Of a stretch of DNA of 64,000 bases, positions 28,524 to 37,621 are shown one piece after another. This DNA is from Clostridia bacterium (GTDB lineage Bacteria; Bacillota; Clostridia; UMGS1883; UMGS1540): positions 19,186 to 83,185 of the forward strand of contig JAZNQN010000044.1 in NCBI GenBank assembly GCA_045590195.1. The letters are read 5' to 3'. How positions within the stretch are numbered: position 1 is the stretch's first letter; each line of letters starts with the position of its first letter. The position numbers were made by a program, and so were the translations under genes. The notes under the pieces were generated by a model. That model worked only from the letters and a program-made list of their open reading frames with translations, was not told where the DNA came from and searched no databases.

Positions 28524-30492
28524 AAATTTAAACCTGATTTCCTACGGCAAGTTTGAAAACCGCGAAATTACTCTTTCTAATGGTTTTAATATTATTAAAG
28601 GCTCAAACGAGGCCGGAAAATCAACCGTTTTATCTTTCATTAAAGCAATGCTTTATGGTTTCAGCGGAAGAGGAAACATTTTAGCAAACGACAGAAAGCA
28701 TTATCTCCCCTGGGGTAAACAAACCCTTTCCGGCACAATGGAGCTTTCTCTTGACAGCGGAAAAACAGTTAAAATTTCGCGCACGTCGGGCAAAAGTCAG
28801 GGATACGATAAACTTGAATGTTTCGACGTTGCAAATGGCGATGATTTTAACTTTATACCTGAAAATGAGGTTACATGCAACGAAGATGCTTTTTTGAAAA
28901 CTCTGTGTATAAAGCAGCTTCAAACTGCTATAAGCGGTGAGGATGATGAAATTTCCAGAAAGCTTATTAACCTTATCGGTAGCGGAAACGAAGATATAAG
29001 CGCACAAAAAAGCGAAGCAATTATAACCGATTACATTAAAAAATTTAAAGCTTTGCGCGGCGAAAAAGGTTTGATTTTTGACCTGCAAAACCAGATTGCA
29101 GATATAAATTTAAAAATTTCAGAATCTGAACAACAAAGGCTTTTATCCTTTGAAAAAATTAAAGAAAAGAAAAGCCTTGCTGACAAGATTAAACAATGCA
29201 AGGATAAACTTTTAGTTATTAAAAAATATCAGCAAAGCGCAAAAAACCAGGAAATTTTTGAAAGACTTGATAACCTTATGAATAGCAAAAAAGGTTTGGA
29301 GGGCGAAATATCTTCTCTTAAAACTGAAATTTCACAACTTGAAGATGTTGCAACTTCTCTGACAGCCTACAAAAACGAGCCTCCTGAAGCTATTTTTACT
29401 CCACTTTGTGAAACTGCTTCACTTGAAGGCGAAATTTTAAATTGCAAAAGCAAAATTAAATCTGCAAATATGTTTTCTTTGCTTTCTTTGGTTCTGGCAG
29501 CGATTTTTGGCGTTTTATCAGTTTTTTACCTGCCATTGGTTTTTACTGAAATATTGTTTGTTACTGCCTTAGTTTTATTTTTGGTAAAAAGCAGTTCACA
29601 GCGCAAAAAACTTGTAAAAGCTGAAAACGATTTACACGAAACCGAAACACAAAACAATAATATTAAATCTGCACTTAATATTTATGGTGCGGCTGATATT
29701 AAAGAATTTGCCGAGAAAAAGGCTAAATACACCTCACTTATAAGCGAACTTGAAATTCTTGTTTCTACTCTCGAAACAGCCGAGAAAAAACTTAATGATA
29801 TTAACTCGGAAATTGATTTATATGAAAAGAAAACTGAAGGTATAGAGAGAGTTTCATCGCCATATACTGCCGATGAACTTGCAGAAGAAGAAAGAGATCT
29901 GAACATTATTTTTGAAGATGCAATTTCACGCAGCAGTCATATTGATGGTTTTTTAAGTGCGGCAGAAAACGAAGAAGAAACTCCTGATGTTCTTGTTAAT
30001 AAACGAACTGTGTTAATTGAAAAGCTTGACAGAGCTACAGCTGAGCACGATGCGGCAACATTGGCACTTGATGCAATAAACGATGTTTTCTCGCAAATGA
30101 GAAGCGACTTTACTCCGCTTGTAAATGGAAAAGCATCGGAATATTTAAGCCTTTTAACAGGCGGTAGTATTGATAAAATTTATATCGACAAAAAGTTTTC
30201 TGTTACAGCAGAAAAAGATGGTGTTTATGACCTTTCTTATTTCTCACTTGGTACATCTGACCAGACATATCTTGCAATAAGGCTTGCGGTTATAGATTTG
30301 CTCTTTGGAAAAGACAAGCCAATTTTTATCGACGATGCATTTTTACAATATGATGAAGAAAGAGAAAAAACTGCATTTAAGCTCCTTTCAGAAAGAGCAA
30401 AGGAAGGACAGCAGATTATATTTTTCACCTGCCGCCCTATTCCCGAGTTTGAAGGAAATGCAAATATAATTGACCTTGACAATTTAAACTAA
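28513..30492 (+). CDS. SbcC/Rad50-like AAA ATPase with central hydrophobic segment (YhaN-like)
   Basis: N-terminal Walker A 'GSNEAGKSTVLSFI', coiled-coil middle, C-terminal Walker B 'IFIDDAF'. Predicted membrane hairpin 'LSLVLAAIFGVLSVFYLPLVFTEILFVTALVLFLV' in the middle of the coiled coil. Confidence 0.7.
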   Translation: MKIKNLNLISYGKFENREITLSNGFNIIKGSNEAGKSTVLSFIKAMLYGFSGRGNILANDRKHYLPWGKQTLSGTMELSLDSGKTVKISRTSGKSQGYDKLECFDVANGDDFNFIPENEVTCNEDAFLKTLCIKQLQTAISGEDDEISRKLINLIGSGNEDISAQKSEAIITDYIKKFKALRGEKGLIFDLQNQIADINLKISESEQQRLLSFEKIKEKKSLADKIKQCKDKLLVIKKYQQSAKNQEIFERLDNLMNSKKGLEGEISSLKTEISQLEDVATSLTAYKNEPPEAIFTPLCETASLEGEILNCKSKIKSANMFSLLSLVLAAIFGVLSVFYLPLVFTEILFVTALVLFLVKSSSQRKKLVKAENDLHETETQNNNIKSALNIYGAADIKEFAEKKAKYTSLISELEILVSTLETAEKKLNDINSEIDLYEKKTEGIERVSSPYTADELAEEERDLNIIFEDAISRSSHIDGFLSAAENEEETPDVLVNKRTVLIEKLDRATAEHDAATLALDAINDVFSQMRSDFTPLVNGKASEYLSLLTGGSIDKIYIDKKFSVTAEKDGVYDLSYFSLGTSDQTYLAIRLAVIDLLFGKDKPIFIDDAFLQYDEEREKTAFKLLSERAKEGQQIIFFTCRPIPEFEGNANIIDLDNLN

Positions 30493-30539
30493 AAAGTATA
30501 GACTATTATAAAAAGCACTTTGCAGAAAGAGGTATAAAA

Positions 30540-31376
30540 ATGAAACTTGATATTCGTTATCCATCTCATCAGGACGATGCAAAACTTTACACAACAGAAG
30601 AACTCAGAGAGAAATTTTTAATTGAAAAAGTTTTCTCTGCTGATGAAATTTTATTTACATACAGCCATTTTGACAGAATTGTTGCCGGTGGCGTTATGCC
30701 GGTTAAAAAAGTGTTAAAGCTTGAAAGCGGCAAAGAATTCGGCACAGATTATTTTCTTGAAAGACGCGAAATGGGCGTTATTAACGTTGGTGGAAAAGGT
30801 AGAATTACACTCGACGGTAAAGAATACATTTTAAACCCACGCGATGGTATTTATATTGGTATGGGCACAAAAGATGTTATCTTTGAAAGCGAAGATGCAT
30901 CTGCACCTGCAAAATTTTATGTAAACTCCTGCCCTGCTCACGCGAAATATGACACAGTTCATATTGACATTACCAAAGCTAAAAAAGTACCTTGTGGAAG
31001 CGAAGCTGAGGCTAACAAAAGGGTTATAAATCAGTACATTCATCCTGAAGTAATAAAGTCATGTCAGCTTTCAATGGGCCTTACCGAACTTCAGGAGGGA
31101 AGCGTTTGGAACACAATGCCATGCCACACTCACGAGAGAAGAATGGAAGTTTACTTCTATTTTGATATGGAAGAAGATCAGGCTGTTTTCCATATGATGG
31201 GCGAACCTCAGGAAACCAGACATATTGTTATGACAAACGAACAGGCTGTAATTTCTCCTTCCTGGTCAATTCACAGCGGTTGCGGAACTAAAAATTATAC
31301 ATTTATCTGGGGTATGTGCGGCGAAAATCTTACATTTACCGATATGGACCACGTAAAAACAAACGAGCTTAAATAA
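30540..31376 (+). CDS. kduI: 5-dehydro-4-deoxy-D-glucuronate isomerase
   Basis: Near end-to-end similarity to E. coli KduI ('NEFLVEKVF', 'YFLERRELGVINIGG', 'WNTMPCHTHERRMEVYFYF', 'ETRHIVM.NEQAVISPSWSIHSG.GTK.YTFIWGM'). Confidence 0.85.
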   Translation: MKLDIRYPSHQDDAKLYTTEELREKFLIEKVFSADEILFTYSHFDRIVAGGVMPVKKVLKLESGKEFGTDYFLERREMGVINVGGKGRITLDGKEYILNPRDGIYIGMGTKDVIFESEDASAPAKFYVNSCPAHAKYDTVHIDITKAKKVPCGSEAEANKRVINQYIHPEVIKSCQLSMGLTELQEGSVWNTMPCHTHERRMEVYFYFDMEEDQAVFHMMGEPQETRHIVMTNEQAVISPSWSIHSGCGTKNYTFIWGMCGENLTFTDMDHVKTNELK

Positions 31377-31387
31377 AGGAGAGCATT

Positions 31388-32179
31388 ATGATATACTTAA
31401 AAATTGTTGACAAAGACGGTAACATTAAATTCAAAGAAGCAGGAAACAATATTAAAGCTACATACAACGCAAAATACGAAGAAGGCGACAAAATTTTAGT
31501 TGAACTTGCTGATATTGACAAAGTTGCAATTCAGCTTGACAGCACAATGAAAGAAAGCTTTGTATATTTAAGTGAAAAGAAATACGAGTTCCCTATTCCT
31601 TTTGGCGTTGCGGCAAAAAGCTATCATCCGGATGCCTGGAACAAAGATGTAAACGTTATTTCTGTTCGTACTGTTTCCGATGAAGAATATTATGCTTACA
31701 GAAATGTTGCTCTTAATACTGCGTGTGTAAGACATTATGAAAACTGCTTCCCATATGCTAAAGCAAATGTTGTAACACGTGATGAGCCATGGTTTGAAGA
31801 GAGAAACTCAATCGACGGTGTACTTGACAACTGCTCACATGGTGCATATCCTTATCAGTCATATGCAGGCGGCGCAAGAGAAGATATTGACTATACCCTC
31901 TATTTTGGCGGCGAAGTTGAGTTTGACAAAATCACAATTTACCTTCGTGCAGATTTTGCTGATGACCACGATACTTACTGGAAATCTATGACTGCAGAGC
32001 TTTCCGACGGAACTCGCCTCCCTCTTACTTTTGTAAAAACAGGCGAAGGCCAGTCGTTCACATTTGGAAAAAGCTTTAAAACTGACAGAATTCATCTTAC
32101 AGATTTTAAACAGGCAGCATATCCCCTTTCATGGGCAGCTCTTACACAAATTGAAGTTTATGGAAAATACGTAAAGTAG
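31388..32179 (+). CDS. Hypothetical protein, no recognisable family
   Basis: 263 aa, no signal peptide or TM helix; co-directional and adjacent to kduI. Confidence 0.4.
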   Translation: MIYLKIVDKDGNIKFKEAGNNIKATYNAKYEEGDKILVELADIDKVAIQLDSTMKESFVYLSEKKYEFPIPFGVAAKSYHPDAWNKDVNVISVRTVSDEEYYAYRNVALNTACVRHYENCFPYAKANVVTRDEPWFEERNSIDGVLDNCSHGAYPYQSYAGGAREDIDYTLYFGGEVEFDKITIYLRADFADDHDTYWKSMTAELSDGTRLPLTFVKTGEGQSFTFGKSFKTDRIHLTDFKQAAYPLSWAALTQIEVYGKYVK

Positions 32180-32187
32180 GTGCTGAT

Positions 32188-32634
32188 ATGATTAAATTTG
32201 ATATTAACATTAAAAAGCTTGATGCGCGAGCACAAATTCCTACATATGGTTCGCCTTTCGCAGCCGGAGCTGATCTTTATGCCCTTTGCGACAGTGAGGT
32301 TGAAATTGCTCCCCACACAACTATTTTAATTCACACAGGCATTTCAATGGAAATTCCTGAAGGTTATGGCGGATTTATTTTTGCAAGAAGCGGCCTTGCT
32401 TCAAAAAGAAATCTTGCGCCGGCAAATAAAGTTGGTGTTGTAGATTCAGATTACAGAGGCGAAGTAATGGTTGCACTTCATAACCACGGCGAAATTCCAC
32501 AAGTGATTTCAAACGGCGAGAGAATTGCACAGCTTTGCATTATGCCTTATGCGGCTGCAAACTTTGTAGAATGCGAAACACTTTCTGATACAGTTCGTGG
32601 CGCAGGTGGCTTTGGCACAACAGGAACAAAATAA
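32188..32634 (+). CDS. dut: dUTP diphosphatase
   Basis: dUTPase motifs 'AAGADL', 'ARSGLA', 'VVDSDYRGEV', 'GERIAQL', C-terminal 'RGAGGFGTTG'. Confidence 0.85.
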   Translation: MIKFDINIKKLDARAQIPTYGSPFAAGADLYALCDSEVEIAPHTTILIHTGISMEIPEGYGGFIFARSGLASKRNLAPANKVGVVDSDYRGEVMVALHNHGEIPQVISNGERIAQLCIMPYAAANFVECETLSDTVRGAGGFGTTGTK

Positions 32635-32662
32635 AAAAGATGGCTAAGCCATCTTTTTTATT
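32631..32662. terminator. Bidirectional terminator between dut (+) and eno (-)
   Basis: agatggct-aa-gccatct hairpin flanked by A-run and T-run. Confidence 0.7.
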
Positions 32663-33899
32663 TTTCGTGAAAATTACTTTCTATTTCCAGAAGTTTGTTA
32701 TATTTTGAATTTCTCTCACTTCGGCAAGGAGCCCCTGTTTTAATCTGTCCTGCATTTGTGCCAACTGCAAGGTCGGCAATAAAACTGTCTTCCGTTTCCC
32801 CGCTTCTGTGTGAAATAACTGTACCATAACCATTTTCCTTTGCAAGATGTATTGCCTGCAAGGTTTCGGTAACTGTTCCTATCTGATTTGGCTTTATAAG
32901 AATTGAATTTGCAATTTTTTTATCAATTCCCTTTTGAAGTCTTTTTGTGTTAGTAACAAACAAATCATCGCCAACAAGTTGTATTTTCTTCGAAAGTTTT
33001 TTTGTTAAATGGTCCCACGTTTCCATATCATCTTCTGCCGCTCCATCTTCAATTGACAAAATCGGGTAACATTCAATAAGATGCTCGTAATATGTGCAAA
33101 GCTCTTCCCCTGTCATGACAGTTCCTTTTTTCGGCATTTTGTACATTCCGTTTTCATACCACTCACTACTTGCAACGTCAAGGGCAATTTTTATATCATC
33201 ATAAAGCTTATATCCTGCTTTTTCGGTTGCTCGCATTATAAGTTCAATTGCCTCTTCCTCGCTATCTAAATCAGGTGCAAATCCGCCTTCATCTCCAACG
33301 CCCGTAGAATACCCCTGAGAGGATAAAAGCTTTTTAAGAGTATGATAAATCTCGCTACACATTTTAATTCCTACAGCAAAGGATTTGGCACTTACAGGCA
33401 TAATCATAAACTCCTGAATGTCTATATTATTATCTGCGTGTGCTCCGCCATTTAAAATATTCATCATAGGCAGCGGCATCATATAAGCATTTATTCCACC
33501 AATGTATTTGTGAAAAGGCACGCCAACGCACTTTGCCGCAAGGCGTGCATTGGCAATTGATACTGCCAAAATTGCATTAGCACCAAGATTTGATTTGTTT
33601 TCAGTTCCGTCTGCTTCAAGCATTATCCTGTCGATTTTTTCCTGTTCAAGGCAGCACTTTCCTAAGAGTGCATCTTTTATTGTGTTTTCAACATTACAAA
33701 CCGCCTTTAAAACGCCTTTACCATTAAAGCGACTGCTATCATCGTCACGAAGTTCAACCGCTTCGTGCACTCCTGTTGATGCACCTGATGGCACAGAAGC
33801 TTTTGCACTTTTGCCGCAAGAAGAAAAAATTTCTGCTTCAATTGTTGGGTTTCCTCTTGAGTCGAGTATTTCATAAGCTTTTATGTTTTTAATAATCAT
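32658..33899 (-). CDS. eno: Enolase (phosphopyruvate hydratase)
   Basis: '[13 protein letters not shown]' N-terminus and '[17 protein letters not shown]' active-site motif. Confidence 0.9.
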   Translation of the reverse strand: MIIKNIKAYEILDSRGNPTIEAEIFSSCGKSAKASVPSGASTGVHEAVELRDDDSSRFNGKGVLKAVCNVENTIKDALLGKCCLEQEKIDRIMLEADGTENKSNLGANAILAVSIANARLAAKCVGVPFHKYIGGINAYMMPLPMMNILNGGAHADNNIDIQEFMIMPVSAKSFAVGIKMCSEIYHTLKKLLSSQGYSTGVGDEGGFAPDLDSEEEAIELIMRATEKAGYKLYDDIKIALDVASSEWYENGMYKMPKKGTVMTGEELCTYYEHLIECYPILSIEDGAAEDDMETWDHLTKKLSKKIQLVGDDLFVTNTKRLQKGIDKKIANSILIKPNQIGTVTETLQAIHLAKENGYGTVISHRSGETEDSFIADLAVGTNAGQIKTGAPCRSERNSKYNKLLEIESNFHEK

Positions 33900-33960
33900 A
33901 AAGTTCTCCTTTTTGCAAATTTTTTCTTTATTGTTTGCCTAAAAGGAAAATTTATGCATA

Positions 33961-33985
33961 AAAAAACCGCTTTCGCGGTTTTTTT
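33961..33985. terminator. Rho-independent terminator after the transporter gene (possibly bidirectional)
   Basis: aaaaaaccgc-tttc-gcggttttttt. Confidence 0.7.
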
Positions 33986-33987
33986 GA

Positions 33988-35214
33988 TTAGAACAATATT
34001 ATCAAAAACTGTGACACAAGCACAACTGCAATAAGTGCAATAGGATAAGTTGCCGCATAAGCTGATGCAACATCTTCAGTTCCTGAAACATTTATAAGTG
34101 TTCCAAGGGCCGGAGTTGATGTCATACCACCGCAAATTGAGCCAAGAGCATTGAGAAGATTAAGCTTTAGTACATATCTTGCAAAAAGATATCCAAGTAT
34201 CATTGGCAAAATTGTCATAACAGCGCCATATACAAAGTAAACCGGCTGGAAATTCTCAACAAATTTTGCTCCGCCTGCAACACCTGCACCGATTAAGAAA
34301 AGCATAAGGCCAAGCTCGCGGAAAACTTTAAGAGTTGGCTGTGGAGGCATAATGCTTACCATACCAACCTTTCCGAAGTGACCAAAAACAAGTGCCGCAA
34401 GAAGGCATCCGCCCGTTGTTGTAAGCGAAAAAGTTGTTCCCGAAAGGCCACTTGAAGAAAGCGGAATTTTAACCATTCCAATAATAATACCAATAACTGC
34501 CGCAATTGCGAAAGCGCATATACCAAATGAATCAAGCTCTAAAAGATTTTTGGAAACCTCTTTTTTCTCAGCTTTTTCAGCGGCAACAAGCTTTTCTCTT
34601 TCCTTTGCCATATCAGCGTTAACAATCTTTGGAACAAGCTGAACAAAAAGCACAACGCCGATTACACCAAAAATATATGCAATACCATTACCAACAGCAA
34701 CTATATCTTCATACATTTCTCCAACAGTTGCTTTTGCGGCTGAAAATGCCGGTGTTGAAGTAAGTGCGCCTGAGAGAAGCCCTGCAACCATAGCAGTAAA
34801 CTTTTCTGTGTTGGTTTCTCCAAGTGCTCTGCCAATGAGAATACAAATTACAGCCGAAATTCCCCCTGCAATTATAATTATAAGGCCAAGCATAACATAA
34901 GATTTAAAATTCTTTTTCATATTGCTGAAAAATTTTGGTCCGGCAATAAATCCAACGGATGTTACAAAAAGAATAAGGCCTATATTTTCAACAATTTTAA
35001 GTGCATCTTTTGTAAAATCGCCAAGCTGTGCCTGCAGAGTTTTATAAAAAAGGCAACCAAAAACCAATGCAGCAATAAATACGCCTGCAGTACCCAGCGA
35101 TACACCTTTTATTGTTATACGGCCGAGAAGGTAGCCTGCTGCTGAAATAATAAGTACTGAAAAAACTAGAAATGTAATTCCTGTTATGGGGATAACTCCA
35201 CCAAATAAACTCAT
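33988..35214 (-). CDS. Asp-Al_Ex (YidE/YbjL/AspT-like) duplicated-repeat transporter without TrkA-C domains; putative C4-dicarboxylate/succinate transporter
   Basis: Two homologous halves each with the 'G..LG....G.F.AL.FG' (Asp-Al_Ex) motif. ATG (MSLFGG) with AAGAGGT RBS chosen over the upstream ORF-track start. Confidence 0.55.
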   Translation of the reverse strand: MSLFGGVIPITGITFLVFSVLIISAAGYLLGRITIKGVSLGTAGVFIAALVFGCLFYKTLQAQLGDFTKDALKIVENIGLILFVTSVGFIAGPKFFSNMKKNFKSYVMLGLIIIIAGGISAVICILIGRALGETNTEKFTAMVAGLLSGALTSTPAFSAAKATVGEMYEDIVAVGNGIAYIFGVIGVVLFVQLVPKIVNADMAKEREKLVAAEKAEKKEVSKNLLELDSFGICAFAIAAVIGIIIGMVKIPLSSSGLSGTTFSLTTTGGCLLAALVFGHFGKVGMVSIMPPQPTLKVFRELGLMLFLIGAGVAGGAKFVENFQPVYFVYGAVMTILPMILGYLFARYVLKLNLLNALGSICGGMTSTPALGTLINVSGTEDVASAYAATYPIALIAVVLVSQFLIILF

Positions 35215-35254
35215 TTTTAAAGACCTCTTTTCAAGTAAAATACACACAAATGCT

Positions 35255-35304
35255 ATAATGAATCTGTACCGATTCATTATAGCATAACTTCAATTATTTT
35301 ACAA
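35255..35304 (-). promoter_or_regulatory. Internal promoter (TTGTAA-17-TATAAT) for the transporter gene, overlapped by a perfect 10-bp-arm palindrome ATAATGAATC-tgtacc-GATTCATTAT (candidate operator)
   Basis: Read directly. The -10 hexamer overlaps one palindrome arm; the element sits between the frdA stop (35308) and the transporter RBS. Confidence 0.45.
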
Positions 35305-35307
35305 GTA

Positions 35308-36915
35308 TCAAATACCACTTTTCTGACCTGTGTAGTTTGGAAGAAGTTTAGGAGAAACCATATCGCCTGCAATGCCCGCCGCTTCTCTTTCAGCTTCAAA
35401 CGCAGCAATATGCTGGAGTGTAAGCTTGCCAACTTTAACATTTTTGCATTTAGCCGCCGCATTTTGACCTGCGTTTCTGCCAAATACAATAATATCTAAA
35501 AGTGAGTTACCCATAAGGCGGTTTCTGCCGTGAATTCCGCCAACAGCTTCGCCTGCAACATAAAGGTTTTCTACATTTGTTGTAGAACCATCAACATTTA
35601 TGTCAAGACCACCATTCTGATAGTGAAGTGTTGGGTAAACCAAAATTGGCTCCTTGCGGATATCAATTCCGTACTGACCAAACATTCTCATCATAGCAGG
35701 AATTCTTTTTTCAATTGTTCCCTCTCCACCTATTTTTTCAATCATAGGAGTATCAAGCCAAACACCAAGGCCGTTTCCTGTTTCAACGCCGTTGCCTCTG
35801 TCATTACATTCTCTGATAATAGAAGCCGCCGCAACGTCACGTGTTTCGAGAGGATGCATAAACACTTCGCCTTTTGAGTTTATAAGTTTGGCACCAAGTG
35901 AACGAACTTTTTCAGTAACAAGTGCACCGAAAATCTGCTGAGGATATGCAGCACCGGTTGGGTGATACTGCAAAGTTTCAGCATAAAGAAGCTTAGCCCC
36001 TACTCTGTAACCTAAAACAAGACCATCGGCAGTTGCGCCATAGTGATTCGATGTTGGGAAACCCTGATAATGCATTCTTCCTGCACCACCTGTTGCAATT
36101 ATGACAGTTTTAGCACGTGCAACCATAAGTTTTTCAGTTTCCATATTAAGGAGCACCGCACCTGCCGCGTTTCCGTTTTCATCAAGAATAATTTCGATTG
36201 CAGCTGTAAAATCAACAACAGGAATCTGTCTGTTTAAAACTTCATCTCGGAGTGTACGCATAATTTCAGCACCTGAATAGTCACGTGCAGCATGCATTCT
36301 CTTTCTTGATGTACCACCACCGTGAGTTGTAATCATTGTGCCATCTTCAGCTTTATCAAACTCAACGCCAAGGTTTGAAAGCCACCAAATAGCCTCAGGT
36401 GCATCGCAAACAAGTTTTGATAAAAGCTCGCGTTTAGCTGCAAAATGTCCGCCGCCAAAAGCATCAACAAAGTGAATTGCAGGGGAATCGTTTGGTTTGT
36501 CAGCCGCCTGAATACCACCTTCTGCCATCATTGTGTTGGCATCGCCAATACGAAGCTTTGTTACAATCATAACATCAGCCCCTGCCTCGTGAGCTTCGAT
36601 TGCGGCAGAAGAACCCGCTCCACCACCGCCAATTACAAGAACATCTACATCGTAGTCGGGTGCATCAAGGTTTACGTCTTCTGCTTTAATACGGCTTTTT
36701 GCCTCTAAAATTTCACAAAGCTCTTTTGGAACACACTGGCCTTTGTTAGGACCTATTTTAAGCTCAGAAAATTCGTCTTTTTTATAATCGGGATGATATG
36801 CCGCAAGCAAATCTTCTTTCTGTTTTGCAGTCATTCTGTCGGGCTCGTATGCAATATTTTTATCTCTCGCCGCCTCAACAGCTTTTATTGATTTTGTTAA
36901 TTCTTCTGAATACAT
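35308..36915 (-). CDS. Soluble fumarate reductase / succinate dehydrogenase flavoprotein subunit (TfrA/FrdA-like, non-covalent FAD)
   Basis: Rossmann 'VLVIGGGGAGSSAAIEA' with FAD-binding and fumarate-reductase catalytic-domain organisation. The position of the covalent-FAD histidine reads 'GDANTMMAEGG', with no His. 'HPTGA' motif present. Confidence 0.7.
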   Translation of the reverse strand: MYSEELTKSIKAVEAARDKNIAYEPDRMTAKQKEDLLAAYHPDYKKDEFSELKIGPNKGQCVPKELCEILEAKSRIKAEDVNLDAPDYDVDVLVIGGGGAGSSAAIEAHEAGADVMIVTKLRIGDANTMMAEGGIQAADKPNDSPAIHFVDAFGGGHFAAKRELLSKLVCDAPEAIWWLSNLGVEFDKAEDGTMITTHGGGTSRKRMHAARDYSGAEIMRTLRDEVLNRQIPVVDFTAAIEIILDENGNAAGAVLLNMETEKLMVARAKTVIIATGGAGRMHYQGFPTSNHYGATADGLVLGYRVGAKLLYAETLQYHPTGAAYPQQIFGALVTEKVRSLGAKLINSKGEVFMHPLETRDVAAASIIRECNDRGNGVETGNGLGVWLDTPMIEKIGGEGTIEKRIPAMMRMFGQYGIDIRKEPILVYPTLHYQNGGLDINVDGSTTNVENLYVAGEAVGGIHGRNRLMGNSLLDIIVFGRNAGQNAAAKCKNVKVGKLTLQHIAAFEAEREAAGIAGDMVSPKLLPNYTGQKSGI

Positions 36916-36927
36916 ATTGCGCCCTCC

Positions 36928-37602
36928 TTACTTTTCAATATCACGGTTATTATAAAGTTCTTTAATCTCATCAATTGGCTTTTGCATTAGAGCTTCAATA
37001 AGGTCATTGAAAGTACCATCTTTAATTTCTTTAACCCTTTCATCAAGATGGCCACAACCAGGAGCTAAATATTTACCGTTAAGTCTTCTTGCAAGCATTG
37101 CAACCTGTGGATGAGAAATACCTGCAGGACATCTTGAAGAACAAACGCCGCACATTACGCAGTCAAAAGATTCTTCAGCACATTTTTCATACTCAGCACG
37201 CTGTGCATAAGCAATATACTGCATTACATTAAGCTTCTGAGTACAAGCTTTTGTACAAGCATTACAGCCGATGCAGGAATAAATTTCAGGATAAAGCTGC
37301 ATCATAATCTGCTCAGTAGGTTTTACTTTTTCAATATCATAAATTTCTTTAACAAGCGGGAAGAATGGCAATGTAGCAATGTACATCTTATCTTCAACCT
37401 TTGTCTGACATGCAAGACAAGCTTTAAGTTCTCTGTCGCCCTCTATTCTGTAAATTGTGGCACATGCACCGCAAAAACCATTTCGGCATCCGCAACCACG
37501 TTTAAGCTGATAGCCTGCATATTCCATAGCACGCATAATTGTCATGCTGGCAGGTACTTCATATTTTTTACCGAACAAAAATATATTTACCATTTTTTCC
37601 AT
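36928..37602 (-). CDS. Fumarate reductase / succinate dehydrogenase iron-sulfur subunit (2Fe-2S + two cubane-cluster Cys motifs)
   Basis: N-terminal 2Fe-2S 'CGCRNGFCGACA' then 'CIGCNACTKAC' and 'CVMCGVCSSRCP'. ATG (MEKMVNIF) with GGAGA RBS. Confidence 0.7.
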   Translation of the reverse strand: MEKMVNIFLFGKKYEVPASMTIMRAMEYAGYQLKRGCGCRNGFCGACATIYRIEGDRELKACLACQTKVEDKMYIATLPFFPLVKEIYDIEKVKPTEQIMMQLYPEIYSCIGCNACTKACTQKLNVMQYIAYAQRAEYEKCAEESFDCVMCGVCSSRCPAGISHPQVAMLARRLNGKYLAPGCGHLDERVKEIKDGTFNDLIEALMQKPIDEIKELYNNRDIEK

Positions 37603-37621
37603 CAGTAGTATCTCCTTTTTC

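Noticed and set aside
35308-36915. Alternative call of the flavoprotein as L-aspartate oxidase (NadB)
   Set aside because: It is translationally linked to an SdhB/FrdB-type 2Fe-2S/4Fe-4S subunit and sits in an operon with fumC and mdh; no nadA/nadC nearby. NadB-like activity is not excluded biochemically.
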